The notes below the pieces were generated by a model that was given only the letters and a program-made list of their open reading frames with translations, searched no databases and was not told the DNA's origin. Source: an uncultured Methanosarcinales archaeon (GTDB lineage: Archaea; Nanobdellota; Nanobdellia; Woesearchaeales; ARS49). Taken from it: 64,000 nt of DNA. A program made the position numbers and the translations under genes. The stretch lies in NCBI GenBank assembly GCA_964637115.1, contig CAZWVL010000006.1:23696-87695 (forward strand), given 5' to 3'. Below, piece by piece: positions 30,626 through 39,700 of this stretch; within the stretch, counting starts at the first letter, position 1, and each line of letters begins with the position of its first letter.

Positions 30626-31035
30626 TGGAAGACCTCATCAAAATGACCCCAAACCCTGAACGAGCAAAGAACCTGCTCGCACAGACTGAAATCAGACTAA
30701 AAGATGCGAAAAACAAAGATCCTGCAGAGTACGCCACACTCATTATTGAAGCATACTATGAAGTCATCAAGGAACTTCTGACTGCGCTTCTTGCAGCAGA
30801 TGGCTACAAGACGCTAAGCCATACCACGCTCATCGATTATCTCCGCGCGACATACAACAAGCAAATTACTGAACACGAAACCCAAAGTATTGATGAACTC
30901 AGGAAAACCAGAAACCGTATCGCCTACGAAGGATTTGTCATCAAGAAAGATTATCATGACCGCAAGGCACCGATTGCGCTTGAAATCATAACAAAATTGA
31001 AAACACTAGTAACAAGTAAAATCAAAGAAAAATAA
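30625..31035 (+). CDS. HEPN-domain protein (toxin partner of MNT)
   Basis: AYYEV.KE, G.KT.SH and RNRIAY motifs (Rx4Y in place of Rx4H). Coupled to the MNT gene. Confidence 0.75.
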   Translation: MEDLIKMTPNPERAKNLLAQTEIRLKDAKNKDPAEYATLIIEAYYEVIKELLTALLAADGYKTLSHTTLIDYLRATYNKQITEHETQSIDELRKTRNRIAYEGFVIKKDYHDRKAPIALEIITKLKTLVTSKIKEK

Positions 31036-31040
31036 AAACT

Positions 31041-31385
31041 CTACCCCAGCCCAATAAACGAAACCCCTGCTATAATGCACACTATGCCGGCCCATTTCAG
31101 CCGGTTCATGCGCTCCTTGAGCATTATGATTGACAAGATGCACACAACTGGGTAAGTAATGGAAACAAGCGGGTAAAGCAGGGAAAGCTCGCCACCGCGC
31201 AATGCAAGAAGATAAATGATTGTTGCAACACCATACAGGAAGATGCCTGCAATCAGGTGCTTGTTCCTCAAAATATGTTTAGGATGAAGCGAGCCATCAG
31301 TGCCTTTCTTCAGCAAGATGGGCCCAAAAGCTCCAACAGCTACAGAAAGCAACGTCAAACCAACAGCCCACCATTCAGTTGCCAT
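31041..31385 (-). CDS. EamA/SMR-like 4-TM transporter (ArnE/F-like), subunit 2
   Basis: GELSLLYP, LKERM motifs. Start moved to MATEWW, overlapping the upstream stop. Confidence 0.8.
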   Translation of the reverse strand: MATEWWAVGLTLLSVAVGAFGPILLKKGTDGSLHPKHILRNKHLIAGIFLYGVATIIYLLALRGGELSLLYPLVSITYPVVCILSIIMLKERMNRLKWAGIVCIIAGVSFIGLG

Positions 31386-31728
31386 TTTTCCTGCTCCCGA
31401 AACCAATCAAAGAGATTCCGACAATAATTGCAGCACTGCCAACCCAGCGCATTGGAGATACTTGTTCATTCAGATAAATAATCGCAAGAATGTTCGTCCA
31501 AATGTACGAAGTGGCAATAATTGGGTACAAAACACTCACTTCGCCATTGCGCATTGCAAGCAAGAACAACATCAAACCAAAACCATAACTTGCAAAACCA
31601 ACAAACAACTGCCAGTTTGTAAAGATTGCCGGCAGAAGGTTTGCGCCAAGCTTGTAGAACAATTGGCCAATTGCAGTAAATACGGTGCAAAAAATCATAA
31701 TAACAATTGCACGCCCTTTTGTCGCCAT
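31375..31728 (-). CDS. EamA/SMR-like 4-TM transporter (ArnE/F-like), subunit 1
   Basis: GQLFYKLG, GEVSVLYP, LNEQV motifs. Confidence 0.8.
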   Translation of the reverse strand: MATKGRAIVIMIFCTVFTAIGQLFYKLGANLLPAIFTNWQLFVGFASYGFGLMLFLLAMRNGEVSVLYPIIATSYIWTNILAIIYLNEQVSPMRWVGSAAIIVGISLIGFGSRKNGN

Positions 31729-31848
31729 GCACAGAAGGCGAGATATAAGCTATTTAAAGATAACGATTGTGCGCAAGAAACTATTAGAAACAAACGACTT
31801 AACGAAACACAAAATTTATATATTAGATGTTATATATACTTATATAAT

Positions 31849-32115
31849 ATGGAACAAACAACCATTTTACACAGCCCAACATTAGAATCCGTGATTATGG
31901 TAGAAAAGACAATACAAAAGTACAGCCAAGAATGTGGAAAATATCAATTATGGAAAAAGCTGCCCAAAAAAATGATGTATCAGACTTTCCAAACAATCCT
32001 TGCATATTTAGAAGAGTCCGGAAAGATTATGATAGATAAAGATGGTTGCATCATTTGGACCTACAATCCTGAAAGAATCAAAAAGCTGATTTCTAGTGGA
32101 GTTAAAATACGGTGA
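31849..32115 (+). CDS. Small winged-helix protein, probable antitoxin
   Basis: 88 aa from ATG 31849 after TATATA boxes (HSPTLESVIMVE...YLEESGKI). GTGA overlap with the RelE-like gene. Confidence 0.65.
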   Translation: MEQTTILHSPTLESVIMVEKTIQKYSQECGKYQLWKKLPKKMMYQTFQTILAYLEESGKIMIDKDGCIIWTYNPERIKKLISSGVKIR

Positions 32116-32450
32116 ACAATAAGCCAGTACACGTCACTTTTGGCGAAAAGAAAATTGAGAAAGAATTTGAAGAGTTGAAAGAAGGCAAATTTGAGGACAA
32201 GCAATTATACAATTTTATTGACAGGGCGATTAAAGATTTGAAATCCAACCCGATGTGTGGAACAAAAATTCCAAAAAATTTGTGGCCACAAGAATATATA
32301 CAAGAATACGAAATTACTAATTTGTGGAAATATGATTTACCCAATGGCTGGAGGTTGATTTATACAATTCAGACAAATGAAGTAATGATTTTGAATGTAA
32401 TTCTTGAGTGGTTTAATCATAAGGATTACGAGCGCAAGTTTAAATACTAA
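32112..32450 (+). CDS. RelE/ParE-superfamily toxin
   Basis: 112 aa, LWKYDLPNGWRLIYTI and C-terminal HKDYER motifs. Confidence 0.72.
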   Translation: MNNKPVHVTFGEKKIEKEFEELKEGKFEDKQLYNFIDRAIKDLKSNPMCGTKIPKNLWPQEYIQEYEITNLWKYDLPNGWRLIYTIQTNEVMILNVILEWFNHKDYERKFKY

Positions 32451-32491
32451 CATAAGAAACCATTAAAAGTAGCTGATTTCTTGCGGCATAT

Positions 32492-33928
32492 ATGAAAGTC
32501 ATTCTTGCACTCATCGTCTGCTTATTTGCAGCCATAGCATACGCACACGAAGCAGACAACATAATTCACATCACTGACGTAGGGTTTGTACCGTCAAAAC
32601 TGGAAATAGAACAAGAAATGACGGTAGAGTTTGAAAACATTGGCAAGAATCCGCACTGGCCGGCATCAAACATACACCCAACACACGAGATTTATTCAGA
32701 ATTTGACCCGAAAGACGTCATACAGCCAGGAGAAAGCTGGAGTTTTACTTTTGACAAGGCAGGCGAATGGAGATTCCACGACCACGCTTATCCGGAATTC
32801 ATAGGAACAATAATCGTAATTGAGAAGGACAGTTTCCTGAATTCTGTCAAAGGCTTCTTTACAGACATCTTCAAATCGCCGCTAATAACCGCTTTGATTT
32901 TCTGGGACGGTGAAGAAATCAGCCCATACAACGAATCAATTGAAATAACTTCTGAAGACATCTTCCGCAATGACAGCCAGCTTTACTCTTATATCAAAAA
33001 GTTCGGAGTGAAGCAAACAACAGCGTTCCTGCACCAGCTTGAAGGAAAACATGGTGATTGCCATCAGACCGCACACCGGCTGGGCAGATTTGCGTACCAG
33101 TTATACGCCAATGATGTATTCCAGCAATGCTCGATTGAATGCCACTCAGGATGCTACCATGGCGCCATAGAGTATTATTTCAAAGAATACGGCACAACAG
33201 ACATACCAACAGCCCTGAACACGATATGCGGAAACCAAGAAAACGGGTTTTTCGCACACCAATGCTTCCACGGAATAGGCCACGGGCTAATGGCGTGGAC
33301 AGACTATGAACTGCTAGAAGCATTACAAAAATGCGACTTATTGCAAGATGGCAAAAATTCCTGTTACACAGGAGCCTTCATGGAAAACGTTGTTGCATCA
33401 CTCGCAGAAAATAAAAGCACGCACGTAAGCAAATACGTAAATGACGATCCTCAATATCCGTGTTCAATAGTGGAAGACAAGTACAAATGGGACTGCTACT
33501 TCTTCCAAACAGCAAGAATGAAAGAAATATTCAACAATGACTTCAGGAAAGTGGCAGAAGCGTGCGCTGACGCGCCGGAAGCATATCAACGAAACTGTTT
33601 TGAAAGCATGGGAAGAGACATCAGCGGAAATACCATAATGAATGTTGACAAGTCAATAGAACTCTGCCAGTCAGCTCCGCCAAAAGGACCGAGAATCGCC
33701 TGCCTAAAAGGAGCAGTGCAAGACATGTTCTGGGATTCATCAGGACAAGACAAATCACTCAGTTTCTGCAAAAAACTCACAGATTTAAACGAGAAATCCG
33801 AATGTTATAATACAATATTTGAACGAGCGCCGCTTGTAATAAGTTCACAAGAAGAATTGAAAATGTTCTGTGAAAAGGCAGAAGAAAGATATCAAAACTC
33901 TTGCTTAACACAGACACACCTAGAATGA
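32492..33928 (+). CDS. Secreted cupredoxin-like domain plus Cys/His-rich helical repeats
   Basis: Signal peptide, GFVP..L.I, HWPAS..HPTH, FHDH, then CHQTAH, CHSGCYHG, CFHGIGHG. Confidence 0.7.
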   Translation: MKVILALIVCLFAAIAYAHEADNIIHITDVGFVPSKLEIEQEMTVEFENIGKNPHWPASNIHPTHEIYSEFDPKDVIQPGESWSFTFDKAGEWRFHDHAYPEFIGTIIVIEKDSFLNSVKGFFTDIFKSPLITALIFWDGEEISPYNESIEITSEDIFRNDSQLYSYIKKFGVKQTTAFLHQLEGKHGDCHQTAHRLGRFAYQLYANDVFQQCSIECHSGCYHGAIEYYFKEYGTTDIPTALNTICGNQENGFFAHQCFHGIGHGLMAWTDYELLEALQKCDLLQDGKNSCYTGAFMENVVASLAENKSTHVSKYVNDDPQYPCSIVEDKYKWDCYFFQTARMKEIFNNDFRKVAEACADAPEAYQRNCFESMGRDISGNTIMNVDKSIELCQSAPPKGPRIACLKGAVQDMFWDSSGQDKSLSFCKKLTDLNEKSECYNTIFERAPLVISSQEELKMFCEKAEERYQNSCLTQTHLE

Positions 33929-35652
33929 GAATATCACTTGCATTGCTCATTGGAGGCATACTCTCAGGGATTGTTTCTTCAACACTTTATTATTTGCGTG
34001 GTTATCATCATGGAATACTGGGCCTTTTTTTAGCCTCACTTTTTCTAACAGGAGCTTACTTTTTCCTGAAAAGAACAAGAAAAAAATCACGATTCAATAA
34101 ATACGATACTGCAGCAGTCGCAATTTTGCTGCTGATATTTGCGCCACTTTATCTTGCGTTTATTTACACCATTCCATGGCAAGTTGGTTCGGATGAAGTA
34201 ACGATTATGATAACAGAAAGGAATACGATCTATAGAGATAATTTCGATCCTTTTGGAATCAGCTCCTACTTCGGGTTTCCCAGTCTAGTATTTCTAACAT
34301 TTGGGTGGCTAGGGAAGATCACTGGGGGAATTGACTTGTTGCACATGCGAACAATTCACGCTGTCAGTGGACTGGCAGTCATCCTATTGGGTTATTTCCT
34401 GTTCCGAACAGGCCTGTCAAGACCGCTTTCATTTGTTGGAGCAGTAATCCTAGGCTCAAACCACTCACTCCTTGCAATAAGCAGAATGGCAATGAGAGAC
34501 AATACCGGACTTCTCATCGAAGTTGCTGCCTTAACAGTCTTGTTAATTGGACTTCAACGAAAATGCCAATTTTATACTTTTCTAGGAGGACTCATCGCCG
34601 GACTCTCATTCTACGTCTATTATCCAGGCAGGATAACCATAATCGCGTGGTTTGCGTTCTTGGCAATGACTGCGTTATTTATCCGCAAGACCTCATTTAG
34701 AGAATTAACCAAACTAGGCATAATAGCGCTTCTTGGATTTGCCATGGTTGCAAACCCAATCATGCTAGCTACAGTGAAGGCGCAAGATTTAGCACTTAAG
34801 TTTCAAAGAGAACAGCTGCTGATTTTTCCTGAAGGCAGAGAATTACTGAAACCGTGGTATGCAACAAATACAACCTATGAAGGGGTCAAAACTAACATGA
34901 TTTATGGACTCACCGCATTTAACAATGAAGTAGACGACCACGGCTGGATTTACTCAAACTACAAGCACGGCTTTGTTGACCCATTAACCGGAATTCTTAT
35001 CTGGATCGGACTGGCAACAATCTTGTTCGAGTTATTCTCTAAGAGAGAATTGCAAAATATTGAACTGTTGTCAGTGGCAGGATTTCTTATTTTATGGTTA
35101 CTACTAAGCTTTGTCGTGGGCAAAAGCCCCAATTATACACGCCTTCTCGTGATATTACCTTTTGTTGCAGTACTTGTTACCAAAGCCATAGGCACGATAT
35201 CAAATTTCACCAACGCCAAAATAGGAAAATTGCGCGCGAGCAACGTTTTATTCGCATTATTTGTCATAATCATCTTTTTCTGGAATCTGGGAATATTATC
35301 TGATTATGTCAAACGCGTATTTTCTGAAGGCAATGACATAGGCGGAACAGCCAGATACATAGAAGAACGAAAAGGCATTGCGAACTATACTTTTTATTTC
35401 GCGGAGAGCGGTCAATACACATACTATGTCTGGGGTATGAAATGGCACGAGTTTTTTGTTGATCCGACACAACAATCAATAATAATTTCACCAGAATCTG
35501 CAATTGAGTCGATAAGACAACTGCCTTTCACTATTTTCACATCTGAAAGCGGCTGGAAATTGTTTGAAAACCAGACGAGAAACCTTTATCCAAATTTAAA
35601 CATTCAAAACATTAAAGCGGATGGAAGTTTGCTTGCAATAGAAGTACAGTAG
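33925..35652 (+). CDS. GT39-like polytopic glycosyltransferase
   Basis: QVGSDE, NHSLLAISR, PNYTR motifs. ATGA overlap with the previous gene gives start 33925. Confidence 0.8.
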   Translation: MRISLALLIGGILSGIVSSTLYYLRGYHHGILGLFLASLFLTGAYFFLKRTRKKSRFNKYDTAAVAILLLIFAPLYLAFIYTIPWQVGSDEVTIMITERNTIYRDNFDPFGISSYFGFPSLVFLTFGWLGKITGGIDLLHMRTIHAVSGLAVILLGYFLFRTGLSRPLSFVGAVILGSNHSLLAISRMAMRDNTGLLIEVAALTVLLIGLQRKCQFYTFLGGLIAGLSFYVYYPGRITIIAWFAFLAMTALFIRKTSFRELTKLGIIALLGFAMVANPIMLATVKAQDLALKFQREQLLIFPEGRELLKPWYATNTTYEGVKTNMIYGLTAFNNEVDDHGWIYSNYKHGFVDPLTGILIWIGLATILFELFSKRELQNIELLSVAGFLILWLLLSFVVGKSPNYTRLLVILPFVAVLVTKAIGTISNFTNAKIGKLRASNVLFALFVIIIFFWNLGILSDYVKRVFSEGNDIGGTARYIEERKGIANYTFYFAESGQYTYYVWGMKWHEFFVDPTQQSIIISPESAIESIRQLPFTIFTSESGWKLFENQTRNLYPNLNIQNIKADGSLLAIEVQ

Positions 35653-35656
35653 GCGG

Positions 35657-36688
35657 TTACTTGCCGTCAAACTGATATTTCTTGACGAGCTCGGGATCGT
35701 AAGCAACGATTGCTCCTTCCCATGGCAGGTATTTGAAGCACCAGATTCTTGCCATCGAATCTGAGTTTATTTCCCTGTGTGCTATGCTTCTAAGCTGCGG
35801 AGCCTCTGCCAGATTCTTTTTATGGGAAGCAACTATGTGTTTGAATTCAGAAGAATTCTGCCAGTCACTTGACATTGCCTTTTGATATGCTTCACTTGCC
35901 ATTCTTTTCTTTGCAACAATATTTTCTGCTTGTGCGCCAAACCACCTATTTTTCAACACAGCAGTCCAATCATCTTTCATACCAGGGATAACGCCAGTAT
36001 AGAAAGCACTTATTTTCGTTTCAAACCTAATACTTGTCCAGACTTCCTTTGCTTTCGTATTGCTAAATTGATCGGATGCTTTCAGCCCAACATTATCAAT
36101 CAAATAACTTTTCCTGTCTTCTGCGGTTTTGTAATTTTCATCTTCAAAGAATTGTTTTGTCGCGATGCCAATGGCTTTAAATCCAGAACCCCACAAGCTG
36201 AACTCAAGATAAGCATCTGCCCCGCTGTGCTGCATGATGTTAACTTTATCAGTTTTCTTGTTTTCTGCGCGGTCAATCAGCTCAGCGACGATGATTCCAA
36301 ATGCCCTAACGGTCTCTTCTTTCAGCGTGTTCGGGTTAGAATTATGCGCTTTTGCATAAGCCTCTACGTGCTTTTGGACTTCATCACACAACTCTTTCTC
36401 CAATCGTGAATCGTGGCATCTAAGCTGCTTGTTACCCCAAATCAACGCACCTTTTTGCCTGGTTGACTTAACATCAGCCACATAAACAGCATAAAAACGG
36501 GAAACAGATTTTTGAACTTCCGGAGATGATTTCAAAGTCTCATCAAGCGCTTTTTGATACGAGGATGGCTTCTTACGTGCCTCTTCCCATAGTTCGTCTT
36601 CCTTGCTCTGCGCATAGGCCAGCTCTTCAAGAACTAACGGAATGGCTGCTGAATACCCCAAGAATGCTCTTCGCGAAACACCCACCAT
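35657..36688 (-). CDS. Hypothetical protein with twin-arginine-like N-terminus
   Basis: SRRAFL motif, ...AYAQ cleavage-like site, charged helical body. Start 36688 or 36697. Confidence 0.6.
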   Translation of the reverse strand: MVGVSRRAFLGYSAAIPLVLEELAYAQSKEDELWEEARKKPSSYQKALDETLKSSPEVQKSVSRFYAVYVADVKSTRQKGALIWGNKQLRCHDSRLEKELCDEVQKHVEAYAKAHNSNPNTLKEETVRAFGIIVAELIDRAENKKTDKVNIMQHSGADAYLEFSLWGSGFKAIGIATKQFFEDENYKTAEDRKSYLIDNVGLKASDQFSNTKAKEVWTSIRFETKISAFYTGVIPGMKDDWTAVLKNRWFGAQAENIVAKKRMASEAYQKAMSSDWQNSSEFKHIVASHKKNLAEAPQLRSIAHREINSDSMARIWCFKYLPWEGAIVAYDPELVKKYQFDGK

Positions 36689-36710
36689 GAAAGGCAATAT
36701 ATATACTGGA

Positions 36711-36726
36711 GAATATAAATCTTTTG
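36711..36726 (-). promoter_or_regulatory. Archaeal BRE-TATA promoter
   Basis: Minus strand CAAAAGATTTATATTC about 25 nt upstream of ATG 36688. Confidence 0.55.
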
Positions 36727-36731
36727 CTGCC

Positions 36732-39700
36732 TTACATCTTAAACCGCTTCTTAAGCTTGCTTAATGCTTCATCAAGGCTTGGCAGGGGCTTTGGCTTCCT
36801 AAAGTGCAGTAAAGCAATCATAATCATAATAATAATTAATACGAGCAGGAAGAGCGCGAGCGCCAAGAGGAATCCGCACTTCAAATAGAACATCAACACC
36901 ATCAGGAATACAATGGCAACTATTATCATGATGACCATAAAGCCCTTGCCGCGCTCGTGAGTCTTTTCCTTGCGGTAAATGTACATTCCGCTTGCAATGA
37001 GCAAGATTAGCAATAATGCATTAATCACCCACGGCAGATACAAGCACAAGTTGAATTTCTGCACGACTGTTGCGCAATCCTCTGGACAGGTCTTGGCATC
37101 TTCATCAATACCGCACACGCCATCGCCACACGAGCACGGATGCGGACGCTCCTTGTCAGGAATCCTCTTGCCAACAACCACGATAACGTCACCAGACCTG
37201 CATTTCCTGTGGGAAATATCAACACTCTGACTATAGCCAAGCAAAGCAGCCATTGGGTCGGCTTCTGACTTCTCCCTGTTAACAACCTTGTAAACAAAGT
37301 CTCTAACCGGCCATACTCCTGGCAGCTGGTCGTGCGTCACAGGAACAAACAAGACGTTAGGATCACAATACTTGCGCTCAACATACCAAGCCGGATATGC
37401 GTCCGGAACCTGCACGACACCATCGTTTATCGTCGTAAAGAAGTCCTTGAAGAACTTCTCAACCCACGGATACGTTCTTGTACCAATAACAAGACCATAC
37501 TCTGCCTGCACGCTTGGAGCACTCTCCTGCTTGCCCTTAACCAATAAATCAACAATTTCAGGATGCATGCTTGGAAGACTGAACAATCCCGAAGGAATTC
37601 TCGTGTTCAACATGTAAGCAAAGAAATTATTCCAGGCGCCAAGCAACGGACTGCCGCCAAACGGAGTGCCAATGTAGACAACCTTCTTGGTGAGAGTTGC
37701 AAGAGCAAGACCATTATCTTTTGAATATCTTAAAGCATCCTGAGCAACAAGACCGCCAAAGGAATACGGAACAAGATAAAGTTCGCTGACTCCATCCTGC
37801 AAGAGCGTGGACGAAGCTTGCTCTGCAAGATCCTTGGCTATGCCAGCCAATGGCTGCGTTGGGGTGTAATAATACGAATACACCTTCGAGCCATCATCAG
37901 AAGCCCTATACTCGTGCACAAACTTGTTAACGCTTACGCGGCTTACTGTCAAGCCCTGAACAAATATGACGGCGGTTGAACCGCCACCATCATACTCCTT
38001 AATCAGCTTGTCAGCAACAGACTGCGGATTGTCAATTGACAATACTGCAAAGAGACCAACATACTTGGAACCCTGCTTGACAAAGTACGCCTCAATTGCA
38101 TCAGACGACAAAGTAGCAACCAGCCTGTTTCCAACATGACGACCATTCAAATCAACCCAAACTTCGCCGCTTCTAATGTAAAGACCAGCAGTGGAATCAT
38201 CGACAGGCACGGGAATGCTCAATTCAAGAGTTTCAGGAGATGCAAAATTATCAAGAGTCATGTCAAATGCAGTTACGACCAACATTTCCGGATTGCTTAC
38301 AGGAACAGGGCTTGAAGGATGCTCAACGGTAATGGTCACAGGAAGCAGGATATTATCCATCGTGATTTCCATCGATTGGCCAAGAGTTGTTCCAACGATA
38401 AACAACGGATTCTCTGGAGTTATCTGGCCAACAATCCTTTCCTGAATCAAACGAGTTTCCAGCTGCTCAACGGTGTAGTCCACGTAATCATAACAGTGCG
38501 GCTTGCACTTGCCCGCACCACGCACATTGTATTCTGTTCTAATTTCTTCAGCAGTAAGCGAACGGTTGAAAATCTGCACTTCATCAATGAGACCATAGAA
38601 GTGTTCGGATTCAGGAGGACCCATGCTTGAAGATCCAATGTACAACGGATCCATAGTTGTTGCAATCAATCCATATGCTGACTGATTCTTCTTTAACACG
38701 CCATCAACATAAATCCTGATCATCTCGCCATCATAAGTTCCAGCAATGAAGTGGAACGGTATTTCAGGCGTTGTCTCGATGGGAACAGGAGTTGTAATCG
38801 TGCCATCTCTAACACCTGCAAGAGAGAACTTAATGAAACCAGAATCGGCTGAGAGACTATATTGCTGGCCAGACGCGCTCTTCTGAACAACAACACCATT
38901 TCTCCACTCTTCAGGTTTCACCCAAGCAGATATCGTGATTTCCTCAACAGGATTCAAGTCATACCAGTGCTTGACATAAACATAGTCATCAACACCATCA
39001 AGCTTGAACGCCTTTCCAACGATGCCCCAATCATACGCCAGAGCAATAAGAGTATTGCCTCTAGTACCTAACGACAAGTTTCCGTGATTGAAGCTTTCCA
39101 AATCATTTGCGTGAGCATCACCAGGCCACCAGCTGATCAAACCGTAAGGAGCTTTCATGCACGTGTCACAATCACCGCCAGCATCAGCACCTTCAGCTGA
39201 TTTTGCAAACAACTCATCAGTGGATAGACCTCCACAAACAACACCCTGATCTTCAGATGAGTCAATTGGTGTAGCCGTGTTGCCGCTCAGCAAATACGTT
39301 TCGATGTCAACATAATTGTTCGGCAAGCCCTGAGTAAACTGCAACGGAGTATCTTCGCAGCACGCAGCGACTTCAACAACCGACAACACTTCTTTACTAG
39401 TAACAGTACCCAAAGCAGTTTCCTGCTCAGTTGTAAGAGTGGTAGTTTCAGTGTATTTTGCAGACGCGCACTGCGAAGTACACATGATTCCGGACTTAAC
39501 CGGGTACGTAATCTCCGGCCGAGGAGGTGGAGGTGGGGGAGGCGGAGGCGGACCTACAGGCGGTGGCGGAGGTGGAGGCGGACCTACAGGCGGAGGTGGG
39601 GGAGGAGGTGGTGGCGTAAATGGCTTGCAGAACTGGCAAGATGACTGCATGCCCGGAACAGATTCATCGCAAGTCTCTCCACAATCAAGCTTGCTATTAC

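Noticed and set aside
31300-31848. N-terminal 183 aa of the 271-aa ORF 31300-32115
   Set aside because: It is the antisense shadow of the two EamA genes. The real gene starts at ATG 31849 after TATA boxes.
32492-33928. Multiheme cytochrome c
   Set aside because: No CxxCH motifs; the C/H clusters have different spacing.
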